A stretch of DNA of 63,987 bases, counting the filler, from Octopus bimaculoides (Eukaryota): the NCBI RefSeq assembly GCF_001194135.2. It is 5 parts of 5 records of this genome, joined end to end, with 100 filler letters (N's around TTAATTAATTAA, not from the genome) between each part and the next. Parts side by side here need not be neighbours in the genome. Positions count along the whole stretch, not along the records: positions 50,774 to 61,902 come from NC_068995.1; positions 62,003 to 63,987 come from NW_026432784.1; 3 more parts are not named here. One strand, 5' to 3'. A program made the translations under genes and the position numbers. The notes beneath the pieces are model-generated. The model was not told the origin of the DNA and made no database searches. It saw only the letters and a program-made list of their open reading frames with translations. Shown here piece after piece: positions 50,847 through 63,987 of the stretch. Numbering within the stretch: position 1 is the stretch's first letter; each line of letters starts with the position of its first letter.

Positions 50847-52779
50847 ATGGTTTCAAAATTTGGCTGAAAGGCAGCAATTTCAGTGGGAGAGTAAGGCGCT
50901 TACATTCACCCCTACTGCTGAACCGGTACGTATTTTATCGACCTTATAATGATGAAATGCCATGGTGATGTTGGAGGAAGTAGAAATGAGTACGTAAAGA
51001 GGACGAAATGCCGGTAACTATTAATAATAAGGATAATAGCTGCGTCTGATTTAAGTATAATACCAGAATTGTTGAGGTGAGAGGATCTGTGGAGATCTTC
51101 GACCTTTGTACTTGACTGCTACTTAGATTTATCCATCCCACTGAGATGAATGGCAAAACTGCTACTGACAGGATATGAACTCAGGAGGTAAGCAGCCAGA
51201 ACAAACAGCACAAAATGTGGGATATTTGAATGAATAGTAGTGGTAGTAATAGCAGCAACAGTAAGAACAACAGTGGCAGTAGTAATAGTGGTAGTAGTAG
51301 TTGCAATGACAACAGTAGCAGTTCAGCATATCTATATATCTACAAATAGAGATAACATTTTCTAAAATTCGTCTTTCCAAAATATATTTGTACTACTTTT
51401 TTTATAGTTTATTTATCTTTTTTCTCTTTTTTTTTCTTTCTTTACATAGGGCCATTTTTCAAATATTCTGATTAACCTCTCATGCAATTGTAATTCGAGT
51501 CAACACCATAATGGATAATCAGACGGATTTGTTGATCGGCTTTTCAAACAGCTGTAATACATCAACATGGCAAAATAGATGGGCTTGATTGTCGGTTCAA
51601 TATGGTAGATGTGTAATAAAATTACGCAGCTGCAAGCAGAAATTGTTACATTCAATGTATATAGGTATCGACAGGATATATTTCACAGCAGGTCATTTAT
51701 CGAAATACTGTTATTTACTGCTATCGGTGTATTATAATTGAATGAAACTTTTGAGCATTCTGACAATTATCGGCTCCAAAAACAAAGTAAGTCATGTAAG
51801 TGGTGAGTGACTCGGTATATATATATGTATATATATATGAAAAAGTAAAAATAAAGAATATGGTATTCACAGCAGCTGATATTGGGAAAAAAGAAAATAT
51901 TGTAGATTGTGTATTGGAATAAAAAAAAAAGTAAGACACGAATGACGTTTTTATCACAAGAATCATAGTTTTTTTTACTTATGTAGACAATGTCCAAAAT
52001 CTGAAATTACATATGCGTGCGTATATCTAAAATGTGTCATTGTGTGGTGTGTGTGTGTGTGTGTGTGTGTGTACGTGTGTGTGCGTGTGTGGTTGCGTGA
52101 ATCTGTACATATGCACCTACATACATACATATGTACAGACGTGTGTGTGTTTGTGTGCTTGTGTGTGTGTATGTGTGTATATGTATGTATGTGTACACTG
52201 AAACGATTTTTTACATATATATTCAGGATAGCCGGTAATCGACTGCCATCTACTTCGTACCCCAAATCACTTGTGTCTCCAGAGGCGTTTAGTATACAGC
52301 AACCTCCCACATCCCGGATAATAGCATAACCAAACCGTTTACATTAAACTGAAAGGAAATTCCCTAAAGTTTGTGAAATTACTTATCAATTTGGCACGCA
52401 AAAATTCAATTAACAGTGAGCAATAAAGAAAAAAAAAGCCGTCTCCCACTGACGAAGTTTCTTCGAGTTGAAAGATAGAACTAACCAACGCCGAAGTTGA
52501 ATGCGTACAGTTGAATACACGTAAACTAAAAATTCGCCCTTTTAATGCGCCTGCATTCCTGGGACATTCCTAGTCGTCTCTGCCATACTTTGTCACTGGT
52601 CCAGGTAGCTACATGGCAGATTGTTGCTAGTACTCGTGTTGCCCTATAAGTGACAGAGCAATCATTCTTGACCTCACTCTTCACACATCCGAAACCTGAG
52701 TAAAATGGTAAAAATGTGTATCAAGGCAGCATGACACCGAATCGAGACTGGCAGATCGCAGCCGACGAAGTTTATATTT

Positions 52780-53690
52780 CAGCATTCGAAAATGAAACAA
52801 ACTAAAGAAGGTGGTCTTCATTTCTAGATATAATGAACTCAATATGTTTAGATCTAGTTGCAAAGCCTCACATAGAGATGTTATTCTTGATAAAGTGCTA
52901 AAACCATTCTTGTACTTCTGACTAAACTTCTACGATTTTATATTCACCGATGACCGCGAATTTAGTAGTGAAAATGAACAGTAAATCAGTCGATGGAAAT
53001 AGATAAGCTCTTAATAATCCGTGATTAAAATCGGCTTTAGAATAAGCACAGTTAAAACTGATACGTTGCACCTTCCCACCATCAGAAAATGTTATTGTTG
53101 AACTTACGTTAATGGTGACGTGACGTCACCACAATAAACAAGTTCAAGTACCACGACAGTTCACTCTCAGGTCTATAAATATTGATGAAGCAGCAAACAG
53201 TAGGATTTTGAAAGCAAACACTGTCTTTAGAAGACTGCAGCACGATTTGTAGCAAGACACGGAATCTATCTCAGCACCTAGCTGATGTACCATTCTCCGG
53301 TTTTCAAAATCGTCCTATATTCTTAAGAATCATTGATAATTTTCACAAAACATGTCAAACCACGTAGCCACTTGCAACGAAGGTGTCTTTGCAACATGCT
53401 ATAAAGTCGCTAGACGAATAAAATGCTTGACTTTGAGATGTATCTGCAATCTAACAATTCAAATCTGTACATAATTTTGCAGATTTCCAGAATATAATGA
53501 CTGCACATCTCAATCCTATACATGATCACTGCACTCCAACAGAGCTCCTCATAAGAAAACTCATGCAGAATATGCGATCAGTTAGTGAGTTATACGAAGA
53601 GATTCTTGGATAGCTTTAACATTATCTGTAAAACACCTGAGAATTGAGCGCAACTCCTGAGAACACAGTAAAATCTTACACATGAATTAA
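52780..53690 (+). mobile_element. RTE-clade LINE remnant (RT C-terminal half), heavily decayed
   Basis: YDFIFTDDRE (52931-52960; FADD motif), GFRISTVKT, NKFKYHDSSLS/INIDEAANSRILKANTVFRRLQ and HLQRRCLCNML occur in RTE/BovB order. Confidence 0.7.
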
Positions 53691-56600
53691 CATCACTGAA
53701 AGCAAAAGAATTTCAGGTATAGAAAAGACACCTTAATTTGCAAATCTTGAGGTACCAGTAACCTAAGTTCCACAATTTATTTACGAACTATACTAATGCA
53801 AAACAATTCCAAAATCGAGATTGACTTGAGTTAAAAACGTTGGTCACACCAGACCAGATATGCTTTTACTCTACGATAGATGTGTCTATGGAATTTTTTC
53901 CATTCAACGGTAGCTCTTTCTGTTACAACCAACAAATGTCTATGGTTACATATACAAACATACACACAGATAATGATGTAATGTATCTAATAGCTGGAGG
54001 CATACAATTATCTGTGCTGTGTATGCATGTGATTAACTATTTTGTGTGTTTTTACCGAAGTAATCATTAATTTTATCGTTGATATTACCTCTTTACTAAG
54101 CCATGTCACTGTTATAGTATTGAATAGTATTTAAGCATGTCCCTTCTAGCAACATAACTTTCACAAAAACTCATTTACACATCAGGGAACAATGTCTTTG
54201 AATGCATTATCACTATTTGGTAAATCCCGATTGCGTTGATAGTATTTTCAATGGCGCACTTTTCTGATGTCTTTGCTAATTTTCAAAGGTCAATTCGTGA
54301 AAGCATGTAATATTCACTGCATTGTACTTGAGCTTTAAATAATCGGTTAACGCTCGGTTGCAGCAATAAACTTTCTAATAATAAGATCAATTCAAATATC
54401 TTGTCAAAGCTAATACTCTACATATAGTCACTGATTCTTCAACAACGTCTGACATCCAACATCATGGCGTTACTATCAAAGAACTGCATTAAAATGGCTA
54501 AGAAAAGAAAGAGTTTGCTCATTGTTTTGTTCATGATAGGATAATAGTGCCTAATATATAATAAAATGTACATTCCTAATCGTTTGAATCATTGAATATT
54601 CTTAGATAATTAGTTTCCAAACGTATTTGAAGATTTATTGATCATAATCTGATTGATACTGTCCCGGGTACAACAATACATTAGATCACTTGAAAGTAAA
54701 CGTGAAACAAAACGAGCAACTTCATTGATTGTGAGAAGCCATATTAGACAGATCTTTGTGTAGTTCAAGTCATAGCATTAATTTGAAACGTTCTCCCTTT
54801 ATCACATTCTATAATACTTCTGTTGATAATTTGAAATATTTAATTAGTGAACGTAAATTAAACATGGATAAGTATTTATGTGAACGAGCGTAAATGGAAG
54901 TATTTTTATTTTTCTGTTGTAAGGAAGATAATGACGAAGAAAATGTTCGGATTGTTTAAATACATGATCCTGTAACACACATGATGTGCTAGAATGCATA
55001 ATTTGAAAACTGATTGGAATATAAGCATAAAAGAACAAAAGAATATAAGTATCAGGTTTTGCGATTAGACAATGATATCGTGTTTTTCGTCTCTAGTCAT
55101 AAAATAATATCTTTATAAAATTACAGGATCATATCCTTCTAGTAGAGAGAAAATAAATGGTATATTTACACCAATATGATGGAACCTAATAAGGGGAGTT
55201 ACAGATAACGGGTTTACGAGATCGCTCTACTTGCCAGAAACAGCAGAAAAACCTTCAAGTCACACCGTACTATGTATATGTATGAAAACGTGAACTCGGA
55301 TTCTCTACAGAAATGTGCAGATCGTATGTAGTTTTATGCGGATCTACCCAGTCCTTTTATATGTACATACATACATAGGTAGTACATACATAGGTAGTAC
55401 ATACATACATATATCCATCCATCCATCCATACATACATACATACCTACCTACATACATACATACNNNNNNNNNNNNNNNNNNNNNNNNNNNNNNNNNNNN
55501 NNNNNNNNNNNNNNNNNNNNNNNNNNNNNNNNNNNNNNNNNNNNNNNNNNNNNNNNNNNNNNNNNNNNNNNNNNNNNNNNNNNNNNNNNNNNNNNNNNNN
55601 NNNNNNNNNNNNNNNNNNNNNNNNNNNNNNNNNNNNNNNNNNNNNNNNNNNNNNNNNNNNNNNNNNNNNNNNNNNNNNNNNNNNNNNNNNNNNNNNNNNN
55701 NNNNNNNNNNNNNNNNNNNNNNNNNNNNNNNNNNNNNNNNNNNNNNNNNNNNNNNNNNNNNNNNNNNNNNNNNNNNNNNNNNNNNNNNNNNNNNNNNNNN
55801 NNNNNNNNNNNNNNNNNNNNNNNNNNNNNNNNNNNNNNNNNNNNNNNNNNNNNNNNNNNNNNNNNNNNNNNNNNNNNNNNNNNNNNNNNNNNNNNNNNNN
55901 NNATATATATATATATATATATACATACACATACATACATGCTTGCATACCCACGCGCATGACCAATAACACACATATACACATATGTACAACGAGGCAC
56001 ATTCGCATATTGACAGAGAAAGGCGGAGATTTATGAAGGTGTTGTTTAATGCCTACATTGTTACATGAATGCTTATTTGTACATATTGTTAATTATAAGT
56101 CAAAATATACATTTAATTTACACGAAAATTCACAATTATCTCATATAATAGCTCCTGAACAGACTACAGTTGCATATGAAATGCTTTCACCCAATAGTGA
56201 TATTATTGCAACTTTCTGTACAGAAATAGTAGCAGAATCAGTGAAAATGTTTTGCTCCGTGGATTTTGAAATATGGTACACCATGTGGAAGGTCTTTAAT
56301 TGTNNNNNNNNNNNNNNNNNNNNNNNNNNNNNNNNNNNNNNNNNNNNNNNNNNNNNNNNNNNNNNNNNNNNNNNNNNNNNNNNNNNNNNNNNNNNNNNNN
56401 NNNNNNNNNNNNNNNNNNNNNNNNNNNNNNNNNNNNNNNNNNNNNNNNNNNNNNNNNNNNNNNNNNNNNNNNNNNNNNNNNNNNNNNNNNNNNNNNNNNN
56501 NNNNNNNNNNNNNNNNNNNNNNNNNNNNNNNNNNNNNNNNNNNNNNNNNNNNNNNNNNNNNNNNNNNNNNNNNNNNNNNNNNNNNNNNNNNNNNNNNNNN

Positions 56601-57129
56601 NNNNNNNNNNNNNNNNNNNNNNNNNNNNNNNNNNNNNNNNNNNNNNNNNNNNNNNNNNNNNNNNNNNNNNNNNNNNNNNNNNNNNNNNNNNNNNNNNNNN
56701 NNNNNNNNNNNNNNNNNNNNNNNNNNNNNNNNNNNNNNNNNNNNNNNNNNNNNNNNNNNNNNNNNNNNNNNNNNNNNNNNNNNNNNNNNNNNNNNNNNNN
56801 NNNNNNNNNNNNNNNNNNNNNNNNNNNNNNNNNNNNNNNNNNNNNNNNNNNNNNNNNNNNNNNNNNNNNNNNNNNNNNNNNNNNNNNNNNNNNNNNNNNN
56901 NNNNNNNNNNNNNNNNNNNNNNNNNNNNNNNNNNNNNNNNNNNNNNNNNNNNNNNNNNNNNNNNNNNNNNNNNNNNNNNNNNNNNNNNNNNNNNNNNNNN
57001 NNNNNNNNNNNNNNNNNNNNNNNNNNNNNNNNNNNNNNNNNNNNNNNNNNNNNNNNNNNNNNNNNNNNNNNNNNNNNATATTACCAGCTTGAATGATCAC
57101 TTGTACTTTTTTTTCTGATTGAACAAATT

Positions 57130-58108
57130 ATGAATGTTAATAAAGAATTAAACTGCAGACTTGTAATTGCCAAATTATTCCGCGCCGGAAAAAGTGCTGC
57201 CCAGACTGCTAGAGCCACAATATATACCAAATCTATTGTTTTTGAAGTTCTAACCAATTTAAAGAATGTCTCACAGTCTTCGCAGTGACCAGAAACGCAA
57301 GCCTCGCTTCTGAGTAGGACTTAAAAGATCGACTGAGCCGATGCCCATCAAAATCGATGGCGAAGTTGGCTCAAGATCGACGAATCGGCAGAATGATCGA
57401 TTCTATGGCTCTGAGACAAGAATTCCATTTGAAATCATACCTGATGAGTTAATGTAACATCCTAACTACCTGCCTCAAAGCCATTCAAGCAGAAACAGGC
57501 CTAAACTTCTTACTCGTCTGGAACATCGTGGCAGGAACGTCCGCATCTTCGTGGATGAAACGAAGTTCATGGCAGACAAAGTTGCAAATCGTCAAAACTC
57601 AGGAGTGTTAGCGTACGGCCCTTCCAAATTTCCTTGAGCTATGCATAGCAAAAATCCAACTTCCGTTATGGTGTTTGCAGCTGTTGCAAGTGATGGAAAA
57701 CTGTTGCCTCTTCATTTTGTTCAAGTAGGTCTTCAAATCAACACCACAGAGAATCTAAAAATATTCTAAGTTTTGCGGCCTTAGATTAAGAAGCATTATG
57801 ATGCAAGTTGTATCATATTCTTCGGAAAGGGTGCAAGAACTTTTGAAGAAGGAATTGCTGACGTTTGTTCCTAAAGATATCTGGCTCTGCAGCTCGTCAT
57901 ATTTGAATCCATGGGATTCTGGGAGGAGCACAGTTGAAGCAATATCCAACGCACCTTCTCACAACTCTGTGTCTTCACTGAAGGCTTCAATCAAGCGAGT
58001 ACTAGGTAAAATGAAAAAAGAAGAAATAGTTAAACATGTGCATCATTACCTAAAAGGATTGAACTCCTATTGAAAGCATATGGTTGTCACATTCAACTGA
58101 AATAAGTG
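57130..58108 (+). mobile_element. Tc1/mariner transposase pseudogene, maT (DD37D)-like
   Basis: MNVNKELNCRLVIAKLFRAGKS..., RIFVDETKF..KVANRQN...KNPTSVMVFAAVASDGKLLPLHFVQVGLQIN and RVQELL...FVPKDIWLCSSSYLNPWD (WPPSSPDLNPLD motif), then HNSVSSLKASIK. The second catalytic Asp region appears deleted. Confidence 0.8.
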
Positions 58109-59394
58109 CTAAGCACTCCGCAATATATTAGCATAAACAAAATTTGCAGTTTTTGATTTTTTCCGAGTTATAACAATTATAATAAAAATGTTTAGATGGT
58201 CCCAATTTATATGTTATATACATATTGAAAGAAAAAGGGAGGTGGAGAATGTTCATTATCCCCACGTGGTGATAATAGTGAGTTGTAACACAAAAAACTA
58301 TATACATATAAATTAAAAGAAGGAAAATGGACACAGTTTACATAATTCTAATATATATTTTAATGTATTTTATAAGTGAGAAAGTATGGTATCTGTCGAG
58401 TGGTTTCGCTTTTGCTAATCATGACTTTCAAATTTAGTCCATGTTGGGTATTGGAGTTTGTGAATGAAACGAATTAAAAGGTAGATAAAATCTAAGGGAA
58501 GGTAATTGGTGATCGTTATTGTTTGGGACAGAGGTGGTAATTGCTCATTTTTGGAGGAGGGGTAAATGAATACACAAAAACTCAAAAGCTAAAGTTGTGC
58601 GATGAAACATTTTCATTGATGCGTATGTGAATAAGATTTAAGATATATCCTGTGGCCAAAGTTGATTATGCGTTAATATTTCGGCGTGTTCTGTATTTTC
58701 TTTATTTAAACCAAAAAACAAAACTGAACACAATTAGGGACACCAGCAATAAAATACTCACGAGGGTGTATCTGTAATCTGGGTTTGAAACATTCTTCGA
58801 ATTAAATAGTCATCTATGCATCCTACCTAATACATGTGCATCAATGACACAAGGCACTTTAGTTTTCGTCCGAGATAAAAACCTTTTAGAAACACGATAT
58901 ATTTCAGAGGGGGGCGGCAAAGATTGTCCCGGAAGTGACTAGTTGGAAAGCAAGATTCATTGATGTTATCTTTGGATTGTCAATAACTTCATTGGATGTT
59001 GTGCAGCATACATCGCTTTTAATCAAGACAACATAAAGAAGAATAGAGAATTATGCATCCTGGACGTTAAAGGACGACAACATTACATACATATTAAATG
59101 GTCAATCATGTGTCGCACTTCACTGTTTATTATCAAGAACCCAAAGTGTTATCTATGCTGTAAAGAAATATTCTATATATTTACCTCTACTTACAGAATG
59201 ACATTAAGTCTACATGTTTAAGTCTATATCTTTATCTGTATTTACGGAATGGTATTAAGTCTACAATGGCATTAAGTCAAGAAGACTATCACTTTATTTG
59301 CTCATTATTACTGTCAGTGATGTGAATGCATCCTGATGAAATTAAGGGTTTTTTCCCGTTTCTTTAAATCTAAAAAAAATGTCATACTAAATTT

Positions 59395-59570
59395 AAATGA
59401 TACCAGAACTATAGTAATATCGTATTGCAAAGCACTATCTATAGTCATATACCCAATATGTTTTTGTTTCCTCACGTAGAATATACTTTCAGAAGGATTA
59501 TCTAACACACGACTTCTAAACTTCACTCATCCGCTTGCGTAAAACCTTGAACAAAGCTGGATAGAAACGT
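59395..59570 (+). repeat. Old dispersed repeat, homologous to 45170-45350
   Basis: Same shared blocks as the 45170 copy. Confidence 0.45.
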
Positions 59571-62002
59571 CAATATTAAACGAATACGTACTGCAAAAAT
59601 GAGCAACAAATTGCACATAACTGCTATATCAAAGGACATTAGGACACTTATTCGGCAGAAAGATGTATTCGATTTGAATTTAATAAGAATAATATTATAA
59701 TAAAAAACAAATTTTGAAAGCGTATAATGATCCATTCTTCTATATGATATTTAGAGTATATACATACATACATGCATACACACACACACACCGCACATAC
59801 ATATATATATATTTATATAAAACGATATATAATTTTTGAATTTCGTTTCTCATTGAAGGAAACGGAAAATAAAATAAATATAGGCCTGCAAATAGAAGTG
59901 CTCAAGTAAAAACAAACAAGGCAAAATACATATTCAGTTGTTAAAAAACATACATCTGAATTGGGCAAATAACTTTATATCATCTCCATATATTCACAAC
60001 GTTGAACATAAATAAATACATATTAAAATACCAAGGCGTTCTGTACACAGAAGTCGAAGGTATAACAATATACATATGTGTAATATAATATGGTTTATAT
60101 ACATATATACAGAGTTGACACATACATACATATATATATATATACACACACATATAGATGCTGAGTATGTCACTTATACTGAATCGTGTGATGAAGCTCC
60201 ACTTCTGAATTTCTGGTCTTGTGGGGGTGTCTGGGGTTACTCCTTGATTACCATTACTCACAGGTCTATTCCGACCTGGAACGGTAATGCCTGTCAGGTT
60301 CCCATCTATCGGGTTAAACAGATTTCCCATGGGGAGAGGAAGCTTCTGCTTTTCTTACAAGACCATTTAGAAGACAGCTCTTCTAGGAGGCAGATATTCT
60401 GACATAAAACATGCAGCAGAAAATAGTTCCAGTCAACTTCCAATGCCTGTCACCTACTATGGCAACCAGTGTTATACAAGCTCTTGTCAACAATTCAAAT
60501 GATGTATAGATAACTCACTATCATGCCATTTCTTTATTTCTTTTCTATTTTATAATATAATATGGTGATGGATGAGAGGCGTGAAAAGCCTTATCTGCGC
60601 ACATTCTAATANNNNNNNNNNNNNNNNNNNNNNNNNNNNNNNNNNNNNNNNNNNNNNNNNNNNNNNNNNNNNNNNNNNNNNNNNNNNNNNNNNNNNNNNN
60701 NNNNNNNNNNNNNNNNNNNNNNNNNNNNNNNNNNNNNNNNNNNNNNNNNNNNNNNNNNNNNNNNNNNNNNNNNNNNNNNNNNNNNNNNNNNNNNNNNNNN
60801 NNNNNNNNNNNNNNNNNNNNNNNNNNNNNNNNNNNNATATGTGTATGTATGTATGCATGCATGTAAGTGTATATAATGTAACTCTCCTAAATTATATACG
60901 AAAAATATATTTTACCGTTATCACATCGGTTTCTTTTATTTCACCTTACAAAAGAACATATATCAACTTGCAGAAAAGACTGAAAGATATCGTAAAAGCA
61001 AACTTTGATACCTACAGAAGCAATATGATCGGTGAAGCGAAACCTTGTAGAGATTCGCACAAATGGTCCTTAGCTATTTCCAATCAAATAATCAGCATGA
61101 AAAACAGACGAGCCGTCATGATAGGCAAAACGCCAAATTGATTATTCAGGTAAGCCAAAATAATTTACCATGTTAACCAAAACTGGCGTTGCACTGGGAG
61201 AGGTAGAAATTGCTTAATGCTAATGAGGCTTGTGGGGGAAGAATAAAAGAGAAAACATATGGAAGGAGAGGAGAAATAAAAAGAGAAAATGAGGTGATTT
61301 GATAAAATAGAAATGAGAATAGATGCGAAATGGAAATGAGAATTATATGCAATTGTGAACTCGAAATAGTGAGAAAATCGGTAGAGCTGAAAAAAATATG
61401 GGGAGTGTTCCAAAAATGTGATTTCGAAAGAAGGTATGATTTACCGTTGGCTAGAATCATTAGTATAAGATCGGTTAGAATTAATACAAAATTCTGAGGT
61501 TAGAGGGGAAAGAAACAAAAAAACTATGATCGATTTGCCAAAAATTACTTGTACAAATGAATAGATAACATTCTAGAATAAGATGTTTGTTTTCCTTTCG
61601 TCCAGTGACCTGTATATATCATGCAGATGAATGAATAGAATAGCTCAGCAGAAATCGAATTTTGATAGGATAAAACAATCAGACAGGAGAGTCTATTTCA
61701 AATAATGTTGATATGAGGTATTTAGAAGTTAATTTTTTATATTAACGTGAGACATTGCCTAGCAGCTTCAGTCCTTCTGGAAGTAATGTCAGTTGTGTGA
61801 TGTCAATTTACATGGAAAAGTTTTGTTAAATATTTTTATCTACACATATATATTTGCAAGTGTATAGATTCTTATATATATAAGTGTATATATTCTTTTA
61901 TANNNNNNNNNNNNNNNNNNNNNNNNNNNNNNNNNNNNNNNNNNNNTTAATTAATTAANNNNNNNNNNNNNNNNNNNNNNNNNNNNNNNNNNNNNNNNNN
62001 NN

Positions 62003-62062
62003 CGACTAAAGGCGGTGCTCCAGCATGGCCGCAGTCTAACAGTGACTGAAACAAGTAAAAGA
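62003..62062 (+). mobile_element. SINE family B 3' tail
   Basis: cgactaaaggcggtgctccagcatggccgcagtc...tgactgaaacaagtaaaaga; the 5' part lies in the gap. Confidence 0.7.
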
Positions 62063-63987
62063 TATTAGATAACAGAAACCAATTCTTACTTCTACAGCAG
62101 CAGCAGCGACAACAGCAGCACCGGCACCGGCACCAGCACCAGCAGTAGTAGCCTATATAATATATTTATTTCCCCCATCTTTGTGTTGTGTTTGCTTATA
62201 ATGAATGATGCAAGACAGTTTGCGATAGTGAGAGGTGGTTGTTAGCGTTGTCTGCGTGTTGAATACCTGGCTGTTTACTGGTTCCTATTAGCATGTGGAA
62301 ATTCTCTCACAGACAAAACACTATGAATACATGAAGGTCTTTCTAGAAAGCTCTCCATGGGTGTGTATGCATGTGTGTGTGTGTTTGTGTGTGAGTGTGT
62401 GTGTGTGTGTGTGTATTTATGTATGTATGTATGCATATGTATTTATACATATATCTTTGTATGCATGTGTGTGTATATGTATATGTGTGTGTGTANNNNN
62501 NNNNNNNNNNNNNNNNNNNNNNNNNNNNNNNNNNNNNNNNNNNNNNNNNNNNNNNNNNNNNNNNNNNNNNNNNNNNNNNNNNNNNNNNNNNNNNNNNNNN
62601 NNNNNNNNNNNNNNNNNNNNNNNNNNNNNNNNNNNNNNNNNNNNNNNNNNNNNNNNNNNNNNNNNNNNNNNNNNNNNNNNNNNNNNNNNNNNNNNNNNNN
62701 NNNNNNNNNNNNNNNNNNNNNNNNNNNNNNNNNNNNNNNNNNNNNNNNNNNNNNNNNNNNNNNNNNNNNNNNNNNNNNNNNNNNNNNNNNNNNNNNNNNN
62801 NNNNNNNNNNNNNNNNNNNNNNNNNNNNNNNNNNNNNNNNNNNNNNNNNNNNNNNNNNNNNNNNNNNNNNNNNNNNNNNNNNNNNNNNNNNNNNNNNNNN
62901 NNNNNNNNNNNNNNNNNNNNNNNNNNNNNNNNNNNNNNNNNNNNNNNNNNNNNNNNNNNNNNNNNNNNNNNNNNNNNNNNNNNNNNNNNNNNNNNNNNNN
63001 NNNNNNNNNNNNNNNNNNNNNNNNNNNNNNNNNNNNNNNNNNNNNNNNNNNNNNNNNNNNNNNNNNNNNNNNNNNNNNNNNNNNNNNNNNNNNNNNNNNN
63101 NNNNNNNNNNNNNNNNNNNNNNNNNNNNNNNNNNNNNNNNNNNNNNNNNNNNNNNNNNNNNNNNNNNNNNNNNNNNNNNNNNNNNNNNNNNNNNNNNNNN
63201 NNNNNNNNNNNNNNNNNNNNNNNNNNNNNNNNNNNNNNNNNNNNNNNNNNNNNNNNNNNNNNNNNNNNNNNNNNNNNNNNNNNNNNNNNNNNNNNNNNNN
63301 NNNNNNNNNNNNNNNNNNNNNNNNNNNNNNNNNNNNNNNNNNNNNNNNNNNNNNNNNNNNNNNNNNNNNNNNNNNNNNNNNNNNNNNNNNNNNNNNNNNN
63401 NNNNNAGTATTTGATTTGATTTTAATGTGTTAATTCGAATATAATTAATTATTTACAATATGTATTTTGAGCCCATTTTTCTATTTAATATTTTCTTCGA
63501 TATTTTTTTAAAAATAGGATGAATCTATATTAAATTCATTTGTTTTGTTCATTGCGCACCCATGACCGTTATTTGAAACGACCAATCAAACAGATCTATG
63601 TGTTTTAAATTTTATATTACTTTTGATTGCATTGTTATTCCTTTCCCATTTCTAACAAAACTGTCCGATGAACGGGAACGTGAAACTCAGAGTAACAGTT
63701 TTTGTTATATTTCTGCTGCTTTTAAATAAAGTATATATATATATATACATATATATTATTATTATTGTTGTTATTATTATTTGATAAACACAATATATGT
63801 TTTTATGTGCAACTACTAGTTTCATGTGCTCAGAGCATGTCAGACAATGTTTTTTAATACGTCTGGGTCCTAGCATAATCATCAGGCACTGCCCACATGG
63901 TATAATGAACTAAAAATGTGTTTAGTAAATAATAACTATCTCCCACATTTTTGTTGATCTTACCATCTTTTGGAACAGCACACTATA

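Noticed and set aside
60190-60325. Segment that looks like the 3' end of a common interspersed repeat
   Set aside because: Single copy in the window and no translatable motif, so it cannot be supported here.

Overview
Eukaryotic, AT-rich, extremely microsatellite-dense scaffold segment with roughly 9-10 kb of N gaps. The repeat content resembles an octopus or other coleoid cephalopod genome (inference, not verified). I recognise no complete host protein-coding gene. The best host-gene signal is a probable first coding exon on the minus strand at 3363-3421 (MAERDLSSARFGCSGAKKN), with ETS and YY1-like promoter motifs; that gene would run off the left edge. The rest is intergenic or intronic DNA made of simple repeats and decayed mobile elements: three tRNA-type SINE families, a long-TIR mariner-derived MITE with a SINE nested in it, mariner, maT-like Tc1/mariner and hAT transposase remnants, an RTE LINE remnant, and a cluster of Penelope-like element (PLE) fragments at 33.6-49.7 kb. 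The most interesting observation is three type I hammerhead-ribozyme-like motifs of PLE architecture, all on the minus strand like the PLE fragments; the one at 42075-42158 has an essentially intact catalytic core. This is a known class of element, so any novelty would be at the family level. I found no convincing evidence of an entirely new biological system. Most long ORFs in the supplied track are artefacts of microsatellites or N gaps.
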